Shown here: one piece after another, positions 19,604 through 29,609 of the stretch
How the letters are laid out: every line of letters starts with the position of its first letter
Numbering within the stretch: position 1 is the stretch's first letter
DNA from: Minisyncoccota bacterium
GTDB lineage: Bacteria; Patescibacteriota; Minisyncoccia; Phycocordibacterales; PALSA-1337
NCBI GenBank assembly: GCA_028713005.1
Contig: JAQTPC010000002.1
Coordinates: forward strand, 36,643-100,642
Reading direction: 5' to 3'
DNA length: 64,000 bases
Notes under the pieces: model-generated
Told to the model about the DNA's origin: nothing
Databases searched by the model: none
Seen by the model: only the letters and a program-made list of their open reading frames with translations
Program-made: the position numbers and the translations under genes

Positions 19604-20284
19604 ATGAATACTTCTACTCCTGACAGCAGATTTGACCCTGTGGCGACATCAAAGACGTTCAATAGGATATTGGATAGCCTATCTCTGCGTGACACAAAAA
19701 CCCTTGACCTCGGTTGCGGCTGGGGCGAATATCTCGTGAAGTTCGGCACTGGAAGCGTCGGTGTTACGACGACGCTCGCTGAGGTCGAATATGGCAAGAC
19801 TCACAATCTCAATATCGTAAAAGGGAATGTGGAGCTTATCGATACTCTCGGTCTCGACAAGTCTTTTGGGGCGATCTGGGCAAATAACCTTTTTGAGCAC
19901 TTACTCGCGCCACATGCGTTTCTGATAAGGCTCAAGAGCATTACGAAGCCTGAGGGTCTGCTTATCCTCGGTGTTCCGGTCATCCCTGTTATACCTGCCA
20001 TGATGAAGATCGGTAAGTTCCGTGGTGCGTTGGCAGTTGCACATGTCAATTTCTTCACTCGAGAAAGTTTGAAGTTGAGTGTTGAACGTGCGGGCTGGAA
20101 AGTATCAGCTGTCCGTCCATTTATCTTTTCAAATACATTGCTCGATATAGTTGCAAGTTATTTTGCGCCACACCTCTATGTTGTTGCACGAAATAATGCC
20201 GATTTTAAATATGATTCAAAGAAATTGAAAGAATGGAAAGACGATCTTCACTACAAGGGTATCCTCGATATCACTGGGCAATGA
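19604..20284 (+). CDS. class I SAM-dependent methyltransferase
   Basis: 'TLDLGCGWGEYLVKFG' is motif I. The track ORF starts upstream inside fcl, so I re-set the start to ATG 19604 (MNTSTPD). Confidence 0.6.
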   Translation: MNTSTPDSRFDPVATSKTFNRILDSLSLRDTKTLDLGCGWGEYLVKFGTGSVGVTTTLAEVEYGKTHNLNIVKGNVELIDTLGLDKSFGAIWANNLFEHLLAPHAFLIRLKSITKPEGLLILGVPVIPVIPAMMKIGKFRGALAVAHVNFFTRESLKLSVERAGWKVSAVRPFIFSNTLLDIVASYFAPHLYVVARNNADFKYDSKKLKEWKDDLHYKGILDITGQ

Positions 20285-21405
20285 AAATTCTCTATTTACA
20301 GAATATAAGACTGCCTACAGAAAAAGCGCATGGTCTGCAGGTTATGGAAACATGTCACTCATTGGCCTTCGTAGGACATGAGGTTAGTTTGGTTATAGGT
20401 TCATATCTGTCGCTTGATGAAAATGCGATTTTTGGTTCATATAATATAGAAAAGAATTTTTCACTTAAAAAAGTTCCCGTGAGTTTCGGTCGACAAAATC
20501 CCGAGTACACGGGCTTTTTGATGAAGTCTATCATATATGTCTATAATGCATGGAAATCATACGGAAAGAGCTCGTTTGATATTGTCTATACGCGTGACAC
20601 GTTGACCGCGGTCGTTTTCTCTGTGTTCGGTAAAAAAGTATTTTATGAGATCCATGATGTGCGTCACAGTTTGCTCCAGAGGCTGGCATTAAAGAGGGCG
20701 ATAGGAGTGGTCAGTATTACTCGTGGCTTGGTAGATTATTGTGAAAGTATTGGGATAAAGAAAGAGAAAGTTTGCATTGCTCCAGATGCAGTTGATTTGG
20801 TTGAATTTCAGATCAAAGATACAAAGAGCGAGTGCAGAGCAAAACTCGGCTTGCCTCAAAATAAAAAGATCGTTCTCTATACGGGACATCTCTATTCATG
20901 GAAAGGGGCGGATACGCTCGCTCAGTCAGCGCAGTTTCTAGATGAAAATACAGTGGTTACTTTTGTTGGCGGACATGACTACGATATTGAAGTGTTCAAG
21001 AAGCGTTTTGCTGATGCTCGTATATCAGTGCTTGGACGCAAATCTCATGACCTCATGCCGTACTATATGAAGGCTGCTGATGTGCTGGTTCTGCCTAATA
21101 GCGCCAAAGAAGATATATCGCGTCTCTATACATCGCCAATAAAGCTATTTGAGTATATGGCTAGTGGTCAGCCGATTGTTGCGTCAGATTTACCATCACT
21201 TCGCGAAGTGCTCAATGAAAAGAATTGTACATTTTTTGCTCCCGATGACGCATCGTCGCTTGCAGACTCTATAAAGAAAATATTGGCTAATCAGGAGTCA
21301 GTAGATATACGAGCCAAGCAAGCTTTGATTGATGTGCAGGAGTATACATGGCAAAAACGAGCACAAAAGATTATTGATTTCATCAAGACTATCAAACATG
21401 ATTAA
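20281..21405 (+). CDS. glycosyltransferase family 4
   Basis: 'MKILYLQNIRLPTEKAHGLQV' at the N-terminus and 'EYMASGQPIVASDLPSLREVL' at the C-terminus. The start overlaps the upstream stop. Confidence 0.7.
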   Translation: MKILYLQNIRLPTEKAHGLQVMETCHSLAFVGHEVSLVIGSYLSLDENAIFGSYNIEKNFSLKKVPVSFGRQNPEYTGFLMKSIIYVYNAWKSYGKSSFDIVYTRDTLTAVVFSVFGKKVFYEIHDVRHSLLQRLALKRAIGVVSITRGLVDYCESIGIKKEKVCIAPDAVDLVEFQIKDTKSECRAKLGLPQNKKIVLYTGHLYSWKGADTLAQSAQFLDENTVVTFVGGHDYDIEVFKKRFADARISVLGRKSHDLMPYYMKAADVLVLPNSAKEDISRLYTSPIKLFEYMASGQPIVASDLPSLREVLNEKNCTFFAPDDASSLADSIKKILANQESVDIRAKQALIDVQEYTWQKRAQKIIDFIKTIKHD

Positions 21406-22102
21406 AGACCCAGCATTTTATAATAAAGAAAGCATGCAGTATTCTGCAAAGCGCTATCCAGCAGTAGCTACAAACTACGTTCAATTTTTCTTTAAGAGGA
21501 GACTCAGTTTGACTCTCTCACAAATGAGAGGATTATTTGGTGGGAGTAACAACCTCAGTCTCCTCGAGATCGGTTGTGCAGATGGTGTGGTGATGCGTGA
21601 TATACAGCAAAAATTACCCGCTGTATTTTCGAGTATGACTGGAATCGATACTGCCAAAGATATGATTGTTACCGCAGCTACATTAGACAGTACTCATAAG
21701 ATGAAATTTTATGTTCGTGGTGAAGAGCCAATTCAGACTTATGATGCAGTCGTTGAGGTTGGTGTAGTTAACTATGCTGATTTTGATACCGAGCTCGCAT
21801 ATGCCCGCGATCATCTCAAAGCAGGACAAGTATATATACTTTCTATAGCAGGGAAGGGTTCGCTCAATGCTCGTCTCGGTGACGGCGTCGGGTATAATAA
21901 TTTTTTATCTTACTCAGAATATCAAACTAAAATACGTGCATTATTTGATATTAAAAAAACGATTCCTGTCGGTCTGCGTATACCATTTATGTGGCGCGTA
22001 CCTTTTGTGGCACGTCTCATTCAACCAATCGCTGAAATTATGCTTTCTCGAATCGTGCCAAATCTCTTTCACGAAAAAATCTATATCTTGAGAAAACGTT
22101 AG
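21398..22102 (+). CDS. class I SAM-dependent methyltransferase (putative)
   Basis: 'LLEIGCADGVVMRDIQQKL' is motif I. The start was re-set to ATG 21398, which overlaps the upstream stop by 8 nt. Confidence 0.5.
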   Translation: MIKDPAFYNKESMQYSAKRYPAVATNYVQFFFKRRLSLTLSQMRGLFGGSNNLSLLEIGCADGVVMRDIQQKLPAVFSSMTGIDTAKDMIVTAATLDSTHKMKFYVRGEEPIQTYDAVVEVGVVNYADFDTELAYARDHLKAGQVYILSIAGKGSLNARLGDGVGYNNFLSYSEYQTKIRALFDIKKTIPVGLRIPFMWRVPFVARLIQPIAEIMLSRIVPNLFHEKIYILRKR

Positions 22103-23013
22103 AGTTGAATCCATGATTCAGGTATGAGGTCATGTGCAATGGTCTTTGGGTCACCGAAGCGCTGTTTCGGGGCTATGACGATCTTTTGAGGGTTGGTATT
22201 GAGCCATGCGCCCCACCAGCTATATGAGCTCTTTGCGATGATGTTATGTGTACAAGAGCTCATGATAATGAGCTCTTCATAGTCGGGGATATTATACTCA
22301 GATACATATACTGCATCAGGGCTAAAGTTCATATTATTTTTTACCCACTCTATCTCATCAGAAAATACAAAGACGCGGAGTGGGGCACCGTTTGTTTTTT
22401 CTTTTATATACTCAAGCGCTCCCGAATAATATTCACGCGTTAAATCACCGTGCTTTTTGAGTAAAGCAGGATCATTCACTTGATCGCCACGACGGATATG
22501 GATCGATACTGAAAGAGATGATTCAATCATTTTTTCAAGTTCAGCTCCTCTATCTGAGAGTGGTTTTTTGAGCTGAAAATCACTTTTGATTGTTGTTTCA
22601 AATTGTTTGAAATATTTTTCACTTTGCCATACGCCAGAAAGATAGCAATCATGATCAATCTGCATGACCTCAGGTATAAAGTCGAAGCCAGGCTCAAGGA
22701 TGATCTTTCTTTTTTGGAGTGGTTTGATCGATTCGATGAATCTAAATCCTTTGCGAATAATCTTTGAAAATACGTCCTGTTTTATAGGGTTTGGAATACC
22801 TGTTTTTATGAAGTTACTATCTGTAGCGATGAGCTGTTCGATATGTTGAATATTAAAATGGGGAAGTTTGAATGAACGATTAGGTTCGATGTTGAGGCCA
22901 TAAAAGTGCGTATCAAGCTTGAGTTCAGTATTGTGTGCAAGCGATAGCGCTCGCCCTAGAGCGTACTGAAAGAGTTGGTTGCCTATGCCTCCTGATATGC
23001 GAATAATAATCAT
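22099..23013 (-). CDS. GT11 family glycosyltransferase (alpha-1,2-fucosyltransferase family; candidate colitosyltransferase)
   Basis: 'MIIIRISGGIGNQLFQYALGRAL' matches GT11 motif I (GGLGNQMFQYA). The start was re-set to an internal Met, so the gene abuts the upstream stop. Confidence 0.65.
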   Translation of the reverse strand: MIIIRISGGIGNQLFQYALGRALSLAHNTELKLDTHFYGLNIEPNRSFKLPHFNIQHIEQLIATDSNFIKTGIPNPIKQDVFSKIIRKGFRFIESIKPLQKRKIILEPGFDFIPEVMQIDHDCYLSGVWQSEKYFKQFETTIKSDFQLKKPLSDRGAELEKMIESSLSVSIHIRRGDQVNDPALLKKHGDLTREYYSGALEYIKEKTNGAPLRVFVFSDEIEWVKNNMNFSPDAVYVSEYNIPDYEELIIMSSCTHNIIAKSSYSWWGAWLNTNPQKIVIAPKQRFGDPKTIAHDLIPESWIQL

Positions 23014-23014
23014 A

Positions 23015-24670
23015 TTAGTTGAAATATTTTTTGTATGCTTCTTTATTTTTGAGGATGAATAAAGGGAGGTCACTCTCATCTTTCCAGAAGGCGAATTTTC
23101 TTCCGACAAAATCTTTGTTGTCAGACATCATCTGTTCGATCTTTGATTTTATCTCTGTATTGTTAAATTCCTGGTGTCCATATGATTCAATCTTTTTTCT
23201 GATCTGATCCGCACCGCCCATGTTGGTGAAATGCCAACCGCCATTTTTAACATAGGTATATGAAGTCTTTTTCTCAGACCGGAGGTCGTTGAGGTAGCTA
23301 TCTTTTATAATCTTATATTTTGCAACAAGAGGGCCAATCCATGATTCGCTTGAACGATTGTTGAGATAGTACGCATACATATACTGCTTCAGGCGATATA
23401 TCCTATTTTGTGTATAGTCTACTTTAGCATCAGGATTCCATATCTCATCCACGTCAGAGACGTAGCAGATATCATCATCATTGAGACCTACGAGGGCTTT
23501 TTTAATTGATTCTTTTTGGTAGAGCTCTTTTGTCCAATCGACGCCATTTTCTCCGGTAACGCTGTGAGCAAAGACATCTTCAGTAATCTTTTTGTCTATT
23601 TCGTCAGTGTATTTTTTGGCATCAAATTTAGCTTTCAGTTCATCGGTCGTAGCTGCTGCATCCGCTACTACATAATGGATTATTTTATCTTTCCACTGAG
23701 CAAAGCGCTCTTTATTTTCCGCAAAGTATAATGGCTTTGGCATACCAGAAAATGTCTTTGGTGCTTCAACGATAACAAAATAATCGACATGTGGATCGAG
23801 TATATTCAAACGGATCTCAAGTAGATCAAGCTCATTAAAAAATGTGAATATGTCGTAGACTTTGATCTTTTCTCTATAGGCGCTACTTGTTTTGTTGGGC
23901 GCAAGTTGATTTTTGATCGACGAAAGCTCTCGCTTAAGGAATCTCTTTATACCACGCGACTCATAGCGCAGTTTCCCGTGTACCTTGTTTGAATATTTTT
24001 TTATTGAAGTTATTTTTTTCTCTGCTGATTGTATGATTCCCGCGAGGCCTTGTTTTTTAGCATGAAATCCAAAGGGGCGAGGATATGAATCGTCACATAC
24101 TTTTTCTCTACTAAATATTGAAGCGACCGATACAGGTGCGAACTTAACCCCGTTTTCTTCAAGTACTTTTCGATAATAGACACAGAGATTTCCGTCCTCA
24201 TTAAAATAACCCGTACCGTTGTCAGTGAAAGGTAGATTGAGTTTTGCTGGCACCTCAAGGAGTTTTTTGCTTCTGAGTGAGAATCCTCCATTACCAACGC
24301 GAACATTAACACCTTCTTTGGTGAAATGAAGATTTTTTGGCCACGGTGCGCCAATATAGTCATAGCTGAGAAATTCATCTCGCCATTCTTTTGGTCGGAT
24401 CACGTAACCATCGTATTGGACGACCAGAGCAAAATCTGTGTGTATGTAATCCTTGAGCTTATACAGCATGAAATCGCTATAACCCTTATAATCGAGCTTT
24501 TCGATTGTTATGACCTTGATACCTTCTTTCTCCAAAGATATCTTTTCGTGTGTCAGTAACAATGCCTCACTAAAACGTATTCCTACCATGCTCTTTTTGA
24601 GTGCAGTGATAGTCTCAGGTATTCGTATGCTTGATACAGCAACGAGTGTTACATGTGGCAGGTCTTTCAT
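23015..24670 (-). CDS. two-domain glycosyltransferase-like protein. The N-terminal domain is unknown (possibly DUF5672-like). The C-terminal domain is GT17-like.
   Basis: 'YDIFTFFNELDLLEIRLNILDPHVDYFVIVEAPKTFSGMPKPLYF' resembles the Glyco_transf_17 core as I recall it (FNxELDLLExRL...VDxFVIVES..TF.G.pKP). Confidence 0.45.
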   Translation of the reverse strand: MKDLPHVTLVAVSSIRIPETITALKKSMVGIRFSEALLLTHEKISLEKEGIKVITIEKLDYKGYSDFMLYKLKDYIHTDFALVVQYDGYVIRPKEWRDEFLSYDYIGAPWPKNLHFTKEGVNVRVGNGGFSLRSKKLLEVPAKLNLPFTDNGTGYFNEDGNLCVYYRKVLEENGVKFAPVSVASIFSREKVCDDSYPRPFGFHAKKQGLAGIIQSAEKKITSIKKYSNKVHGKLRYESRGIKRFLKRELSSIKNQLAPNKTSSAYREKIKVYDIFTFFNELDLLEIRLNILDPHVDYFVIVEAPKTFSGMPKPLYFAENKERFAQWKDKIIHYVVADAAATTDELKAKFDAKKYTDEIDKKITEDVFAHSVTGENGVDWTKELYQKESIKKALVGLNDDDICYVSDVDEIWNPDAKVDYTQNRIYRLKQYMYAYYLNNRSSESWIGPLVAKYKIIKDSYLNDLRSEKKTSYTYVKNGGWHFTNMGGADQIRKKIESYGHQEFNNTEIKSKIEQMMSDNKDFVGRKFAFWKDESDLPLFILKNKEAYKKYFN

Positions 24671-24674
24671 ATGA

Positions 24675-25703
24675 TTACTGTAGCATATCGCCGTTCATGA
24701 GCTTTCTCAAGCGTATGTAACTTCGTCTGAGGAACATCTTTTTTATATCGATCACTGCCCTAAATGTGGATGATTCTTTTCTTAATGTGTGAAAGATACG
24801 CACATTTTCTCTTATCTTATTTTTTAAAGAGGGTTGATAGGTTGTAGTACCCGAATATATGTTGGTATGTGAGGATGTGTAGGTTTTTAATTCCTTCTGA
24901 CATTCATCATAGGTTTGCAATGCACCAGTGCGGTCTTGATACATCCAGCCTGTGGTGAGGCTATACCCGGGACACCAAAATCCATCTGATATATTGTGAC
25001 GTGCCCAGTATTTTGGTGCGATGCAGTATTTGAGATTTTGGGAAAGCCAGGCAGGGAACCAGGCAAAGCTCGAGTTAGAGAGTATGAGGTAGTGAGCATT
25101 TTTTATCACCGCATAATCTTTACCGATGTTAAAGTGATGTATTTCGAGGTCAGGAAAGAATGTTTTTGCAGTAGCCGGGTCTTCGGTGATGACGATAAAT
25201 CTGAACCTTGGATGTATCTTTTTCATATGATCCATCGCATGTCTCCAGTAGCTCGGTGGGAGCAAAAGCTCTTTTTCGCTGACATAGCCGCTTCCTCGAA
25301 AATTGACGATGCATATGTCGTCGCTGGCAAAATCCTTAAAATCGGCCTCAGGTTTGACTGCGAGCCATTCGCGTATCTCATCTTTTCTATGAGCGATATA
25401 TCGTTCATCCTGCATGATGCCATCTATTTTTGTATCGTCGGCGACATTCATCAGACCCTCATCATAAATACGTATATCTGCGCCGTTCAGTGGATGTAAA
25501 AGTTCTTTTTCCTGGTAATGAAATGTGGGGTTTTTGAGTACAGTTTTGCCAAGGTCAAGATTCAAAAAATCAGCACCTTTGAATACTTCAGGTGATTGTA
25601 TGCCAAAATCATAACCTTTATCTTTGGCAATACTTCGAGTGACTACATAGCACCAGAGTTGGTTGCCGAGTCCTTGTCCTTTGTAAAATTGCGTCGTTAT
25701 CAT
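24675..25703 (-). CDS. GT11-like glycosyltransferase (second fucosyl/colitosyl-transferase family member)
   Basis: N-terminal 'FYKGQGLGNQLWCYVV' resembles GT11 motif I. Confidence 0.4.
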   Translation of the reverse strand: MITTQFYKGQGLGNQLWCYVVTRSIAKDKGYDFGIQSPEVFKGADFLNLDLGKTVLKNPTFHYQEKELLHPLNGADIRIYDEGLMNVADDTKIDGIMQDERYIAHRKDEIREWLAVKPEADFKDFASDDICIVNFRGSGYVSEKELLLPPSYWRHAMDHMKKIHPRFRFIVITEDPATAKTFFPDLEIHHFNIGKDYAVIKNAHYLILSNSSFAWFPAWLSQNLKYCIAPKYWARHNISDGFWCPGYSLTTGWMYQDRTGALQTYDECQKELKTYTSSHTNIYSGTTTYQPSLKNKIRENVRIFHTLRKESSTFRAVIDIKKMFLRRSYIRLRKLMNGDMLQ

Positions 25704-25707
25704 AGTA

Positions 25708-27183
25708 TTACTTAATTTTTCGGAGTATCACGCATTCATCACGGAGTTCTTGCTTGAAATGGTATTTTTCTATTGCACTATAAAATGCGGCGCTCGAGCC
25801 GGGTTTCATCCGGTCATGAAGTTCGATAATGAGTATGTTGACCTTGCTCAACCATGAGTCACAATTTCCCGAAAAGAGTTCTTTTTCAGCACCTTCTATA
25901 TCTAGTTTTAAAATATCGATCTCAGCATATCCTGACATCTTGAGCACATCATCAATAGTGATTGCTTCAACGACATTGTCACCACCAGATTGTGCTTCTG
26001 TAGTAGTGAATGCCCATTCGCCTAGACCACTATCATTAACGGCTAACTTAGTTGTTTTATTCCATAAACCTTTTTTAAGAGGATGAATGAGAGGATATCG
26101 AGATACATTTTTCTGTAATGTACGGAAGTTTGTATTTTCTGGTTCAATGGCAAATATTTTTGCGGTAGGAAACTGCTTTGCAAAAAAGACAGATGTGTAG
26201 CCAACATTAGCGCCACCATCGATGATGAACTTTGGTTGTATAGTGCCATAATCTATGCCGTATTGTTTTTCGATGAAAACCTGCCTGATAACCGCTGCGT
26301 CAGAAGTATTGAAACGTACGATAAGTGGGAAGAAAGTAATACGATACTTAATCGTTGTTAAGATGTGCAGAGTAGTCTTTTTTGTCGCTAGATACCATGA
26401 GCGCATGCCTGAATTTGTGTTTCGTTTGATGAATTCTTTTATTTGTCTCTTGTACCTTTTAAGCTTGTAAGTAATGAGTTTCTGCCAAAAACCAGATATA
26501 TTGTATTTCTTAAGTATATAGCGGTATTCATTCTCTCGTATTTTCTCTTTGCTTGAATTGCCCATCTGGTTTCCATGGACACGGATGACGACGTTTACAT
26601 CATTTAATATCTTGGGTGCACCATAGCGTTCGTAGTATCTCTTATAAAAATCGAGATCCTGCCACCATATGAGATTAGTATCAAATAAAACAGGGTTATC
26701 ATTTCGTAGTGTCGCTACCGAAGGTGCACTGATAGTGTTTTTGAAGAGTATTTTCTCATCATTATATGTAGGAAAGAAAGGACGATAAAATGTCTCTCCA
26801 TCCTTAGATGAAATACTTGCAGTAAGGAGCCAACGGTCTTTTTCAAGATCAAAGTTCTGTGCGATTTCTTCAAGTGCTTTTGGATGATAGAGAAAATCAT
26901 CGAGGAAAAGTATCTTAATCAATTTTCCTGTAGCGTGCTTGATGGCATTATTATTGTTATCGGACGGCGTTGCCTCTGGCTTTTCTCTGAAATAATGGAT
27001 ATCGAGACTGTTACTGTATTCTTTGCATACTTTGTCTATCTCATCGTTTTTTGATTGGTCAGATATGACTACGTCAAAATCAGTGAATGTTTGCAATATA
27101 AGCTTGTCAAAACTGAATCGCAAAAAATCTGCACCTTTACCACCCATTTCATATGTAGATATACAGATGCTGATTAGTTTCAT
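25708..27183 (-). CDS. bifunctional GT2 glycosyltransferase / FkbM-family methyltransferase
   Basis: N-terminal 'ISICISTYEMG...DFDVVISDQS' is GT2-like. C-terminal 'IDGGANVGYTSVFFAKQFPTAKIFAIEPENTNF' is the FkbM methyltransferase signature. Confidence 0.6.
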   Translation of the reverse strand: MKLISICISTYEMGGKGADFLRFSFDKLILQTFTDFDVVISDQSKNDEIDKVCKEYSNSLDIHYFREKPEATPSDNNNNAIKHATGKLIKILFLDDFLYHPKALEEIAQNFDLEKDRWLLTASISSKDGETFYRPFFPTYNDEKILFKNTISAPSVATLRNDNPVLFDTNLIWWQDLDFYKRYYERYGAPKILNDVNVVIRVHGNQMGNSSKEKIRENEYRYILKKYNISGFWQKLITYKLKRYKRQIKEFIKRNTNSGMRSWYLATKKTTLHILTTIKYRITFFPLIVRFNTSDAAVIRQVFIEKQYGIDYGTIQPKFIIDGGANVGYTSVFFAKQFPTAKIFAIEPENTNFRTLQKNVSRYPLIHPLKKGLWNKTTKLAVNDSGLGEWAFTTTEAQSGGDNVVEAITIDDVLKMSGYAEIDILKLDIEGAEKELFSGNCDSWLSKVNILIIELHDRMKPGSSAAFYSAIEKYHFKQELRDECVILRKIK

Positions 27184-27189
27184 GATGTT

Positions 27190-27975
27190 CTATTTTGCCT
27201 TGGAACCACCAGTCTTTTGCTTTGCCCACGTAAGTTCAGAAACACGCTTCCACATAAATCGAACCTTGCGGCGTGTTCTGTCGAGGAGACGTGGCATATC
27301 AACTACATATGTAGAACCTTCGATTTTTGCAGGGTATTTTTTTATAAATACAATGCTGCGGTATAGGTGCATAAATTGGATAGCATCTTCCCACCATGAA
27401 AGCACGGTTTTATTGTTGAGGTGATAAGCGTCAGTTGCATCGAGCGCATGATTTCCGGTGCCCGATTTGCCAGATGAATTAACATAATCAACCAACTCCT
27501 TGATCTTATCGATGAATACAGGTTCGCCCGCGCCATGTGTCTTTCCCCAGTAACACATATGGAGATCTTCGACGACATAGATGCCATCGGGTTTCAGGAG
27601 AGGAAAGAGGCAATCAAAACTTGCTTTCATATCAGGATTTCGGTGACTACCGTCGTCGATGATGATATCGAATGGGCCATGCTTTTTGTTGATCATGGCG
27701 AGAAATGCAGGATCGCTTTGGTCACCTTTTTCAGTATATATCCTCTCTTGTTCAAGCTCTTTGCAATCTTCTATATCTGCACCAACTAGTTTTGCTTTAA
27801 TGAAGTATTCTTTCCAGGTGAGGAGTGAGTGTCCATTGGCGATGCCTATCTCAAGAATTGTTATAGGCTTATCGCGAAGTGCTTCAAAATAGGCAGCATA
27901 CAGCTTTGTATAGTTGTGTTTTCTGCTTGATTTGTCTGTACCGTATTTCAGTGCGATCTCATCGAGTGTCTTCAT
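27190..27975 (-). CDS. SAM-dependent methyltransferase (TylF/MycF-like sugar O-methyltransferase family, putative)
   Basis: 'KYGTDKSSRKHNYTKLYAAYF...ILEIGIANGHSL' is the Methyltransf_24-like pattern. Confidence 0.5.
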   Translation of the reverse strand: MKTLDEIALKYGTDKSSRKHNYTKLYAAYFEALRDKPITILEIGIANGHSLLTWKEYFIKAKLVGADIEDCKELEQERIYTEKGDQSDPAFLAMINKKHGPFDIIIDDGSHRNPDMKASFDCLFPLLKPDGIYVVEDLHMCYWGKTHGAGEPVFIDKIKELVDYVNSSGKSGTGNHALDATDAYHLNNKTVLSWWEDAIQFMHLYRSIVFIKKYPAKIEGSTYVVDMPRLLDRTRRKVRFMWKRVSELTWAKQKTGGSKAK

Positions 27976-29588
27976 AGAAGTGAATTGATTAGTGTTTGTA
28001 TTTTCGCATTGCGCTCTTCACGATTGCGGAGCGTTTTCCAGCCTGAGGAGCCAAATAAATGCATCCAATCACCGAGGTATTCTATCATATCTACTGAAGG
28101 ATCCATGACCTTGGTTTTCGGGGTACCCGCGTCAGTAATTGCTACATATGATGAGACAGGAAATTCGATTTTTGTCTTATCGAGCTTTGAATACAAATGC
28201 TTCCAGTTCATGCCTCCTGTATCCACACCGACCCCACCAATTTTTCCGTTCATAAAGTTTGGCTGTACTACGGCGTTACTTTTAAAGAAACAAAATCCAG
28301 CCCACAAGTACCATAGATTATTTTTTCTGATCTGTAGATGCCCAAATATTGATTGTGCATCAAGTATAGATATGACACCTGTTTTTTTGATAGGGAAGAT
28401 ATCGTGATCAAGAAAGCCAAAATAGTGAGCGTTTCTCTTATTAAAATAATTTTTATATATCCAGTTGAGCGACGAGCCGTGCGATGCTGATCGAGTGAGA
28501 TAGTTTTTTGGAAGTTTTACATAGGCTATTTTTTCTGCCGCGCATAGTCTTTTTATCTCCTCAGCTTTGTCTGTATCAGTTGAATTGTCGAATACGGTAT
28601 AAAAATAGGGATCAGTGATATTTTTTCGTATGAGCTTTATTTGCCAAGCGATTACTTCAGGTTTATTGAAGGCGACTGTAGCAAGATCGAGAATATTTTT
28701 ATCCTTTAACTGACTATTGGTACAGTTGATATGTTCACAGACGTCAAAGCTAACTTTATAAAATTCATACTCTTTCTTTCTTAAATATATTTTTTTGTAT
28801 AAGTAGGAAACGGTGTTAGTGATTCTTTTTACTACATATGTGCATAGTGGCAATACATAGAGTGGATGCAAAAATGCAAGTTTCTTGATAAGAAAATGAA
28901 AGTACATTTTCTGTATTTGCGCGAGTTCTATGGCATGCACTCTACCTTCATAATAGGTACTTAGTTGGTTGGCATGAATTCTTTTTTGGGTAAGCACCTG
29001 TGGAATGTTAGCGATGTGTAGTCCACTCATGATTGCTCGTACGTAAAAATCATATTCATTTTCATAGCGATATGTATCTGCATACGTCACATTCTTTTCT
29101 TTAATATCCTGTGCACGGATGATTGCAGTTGTAGATTCAATCTGGTTACCCAAAAGCATGGCAGCCATCGTAGTATCAGATACAGGATCACATACGTCTT
29201 TATTTTTTGATCCAAATAACGAGACCAATGTTCCTGAAATGGAAACCTTTGGATTGGTATCCATAAACGCTACTTGGGTTTTGATTCGCTCCGACAGACT
29301 GATATCATCAGCATCCATCCTGGCAATATATTTTCCTTTAGACACATTCAGCCCTTTATTTAATGAAGTGACAATGCCGCGATTCACCTCGTTTTCAAGG
29401 TAGTGAATACGGTAGTCTGTGTAGGACTTTATGATTTCTTTTGTTCGATCAGTTGAACCGTCATTTATAATGATAAGTTCAAAATTTGAAAAAGTTTGAG
29501 AGAGAATACTATCGACCGCCTCTTTTATGTATGTTTCGCCGTTGTAAACGGGGAGAATGATCGATACGGCTGGTTGTATGTGTGCCAT
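27972..29588 (-). CDS. glycosyltransferase family 2 with an extra C-terminal domain
   Basis: 'VSIILPVYNGETYIKEAVDSILSQTFSNFELIIINDGSTD' is the canonical GT2 N-terminus. 538 aa. Confidence 0.75.
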   Translation of the reverse strand: MAHIQPAVSIILPVYNGETYIKEAVDSILSQTFSNFELIIINDGSTDRTKEIIKSYTDYRIHYLENEVNRGIVTSLNKGLNVSKGKYIARMDADDISLSERIKTQVAFMDTNPKVSISGTLVSLFGSKNKDVCDPVSDTTMAAMLLGNQIESTTAIIRAQDIKEKNVTYADTYRYENEYDFYVRAIMSGLHIANIPQVLTQKRIHANQLSTYYEGRVHAIELAQIQKMYFHFLIKKLAFLHPLYVLPLCTYVVKRITNTVSYLYKKIYLRKKEYEFYKVSFDVCEHINCTNSQLKDKNILDLATVAFNKPEVIAWQIKLIRKNITDPYFYTVFDNSTDTDKAEEIKRLCAAEKIAYVKLPKNYLTRSASHGSSLNWIYKNYFNKRNAHYFGFLDHDIFPIKKTGVISILDAQSIFGHLQIRKNNLWYLWAGFCFFKSNAVVQPNFMNGKIGGVGVDTGGMNWKHLYSKLDKTKIEFPVSSYVAITDAGTPKTKVMDPSVDMIEYLGDWMHLFGSSGWKTLRNREERNAKIQTLINSLL

Positions 29589-29609
29589 ATATGTATAGGG
29601 TAACTAAGT

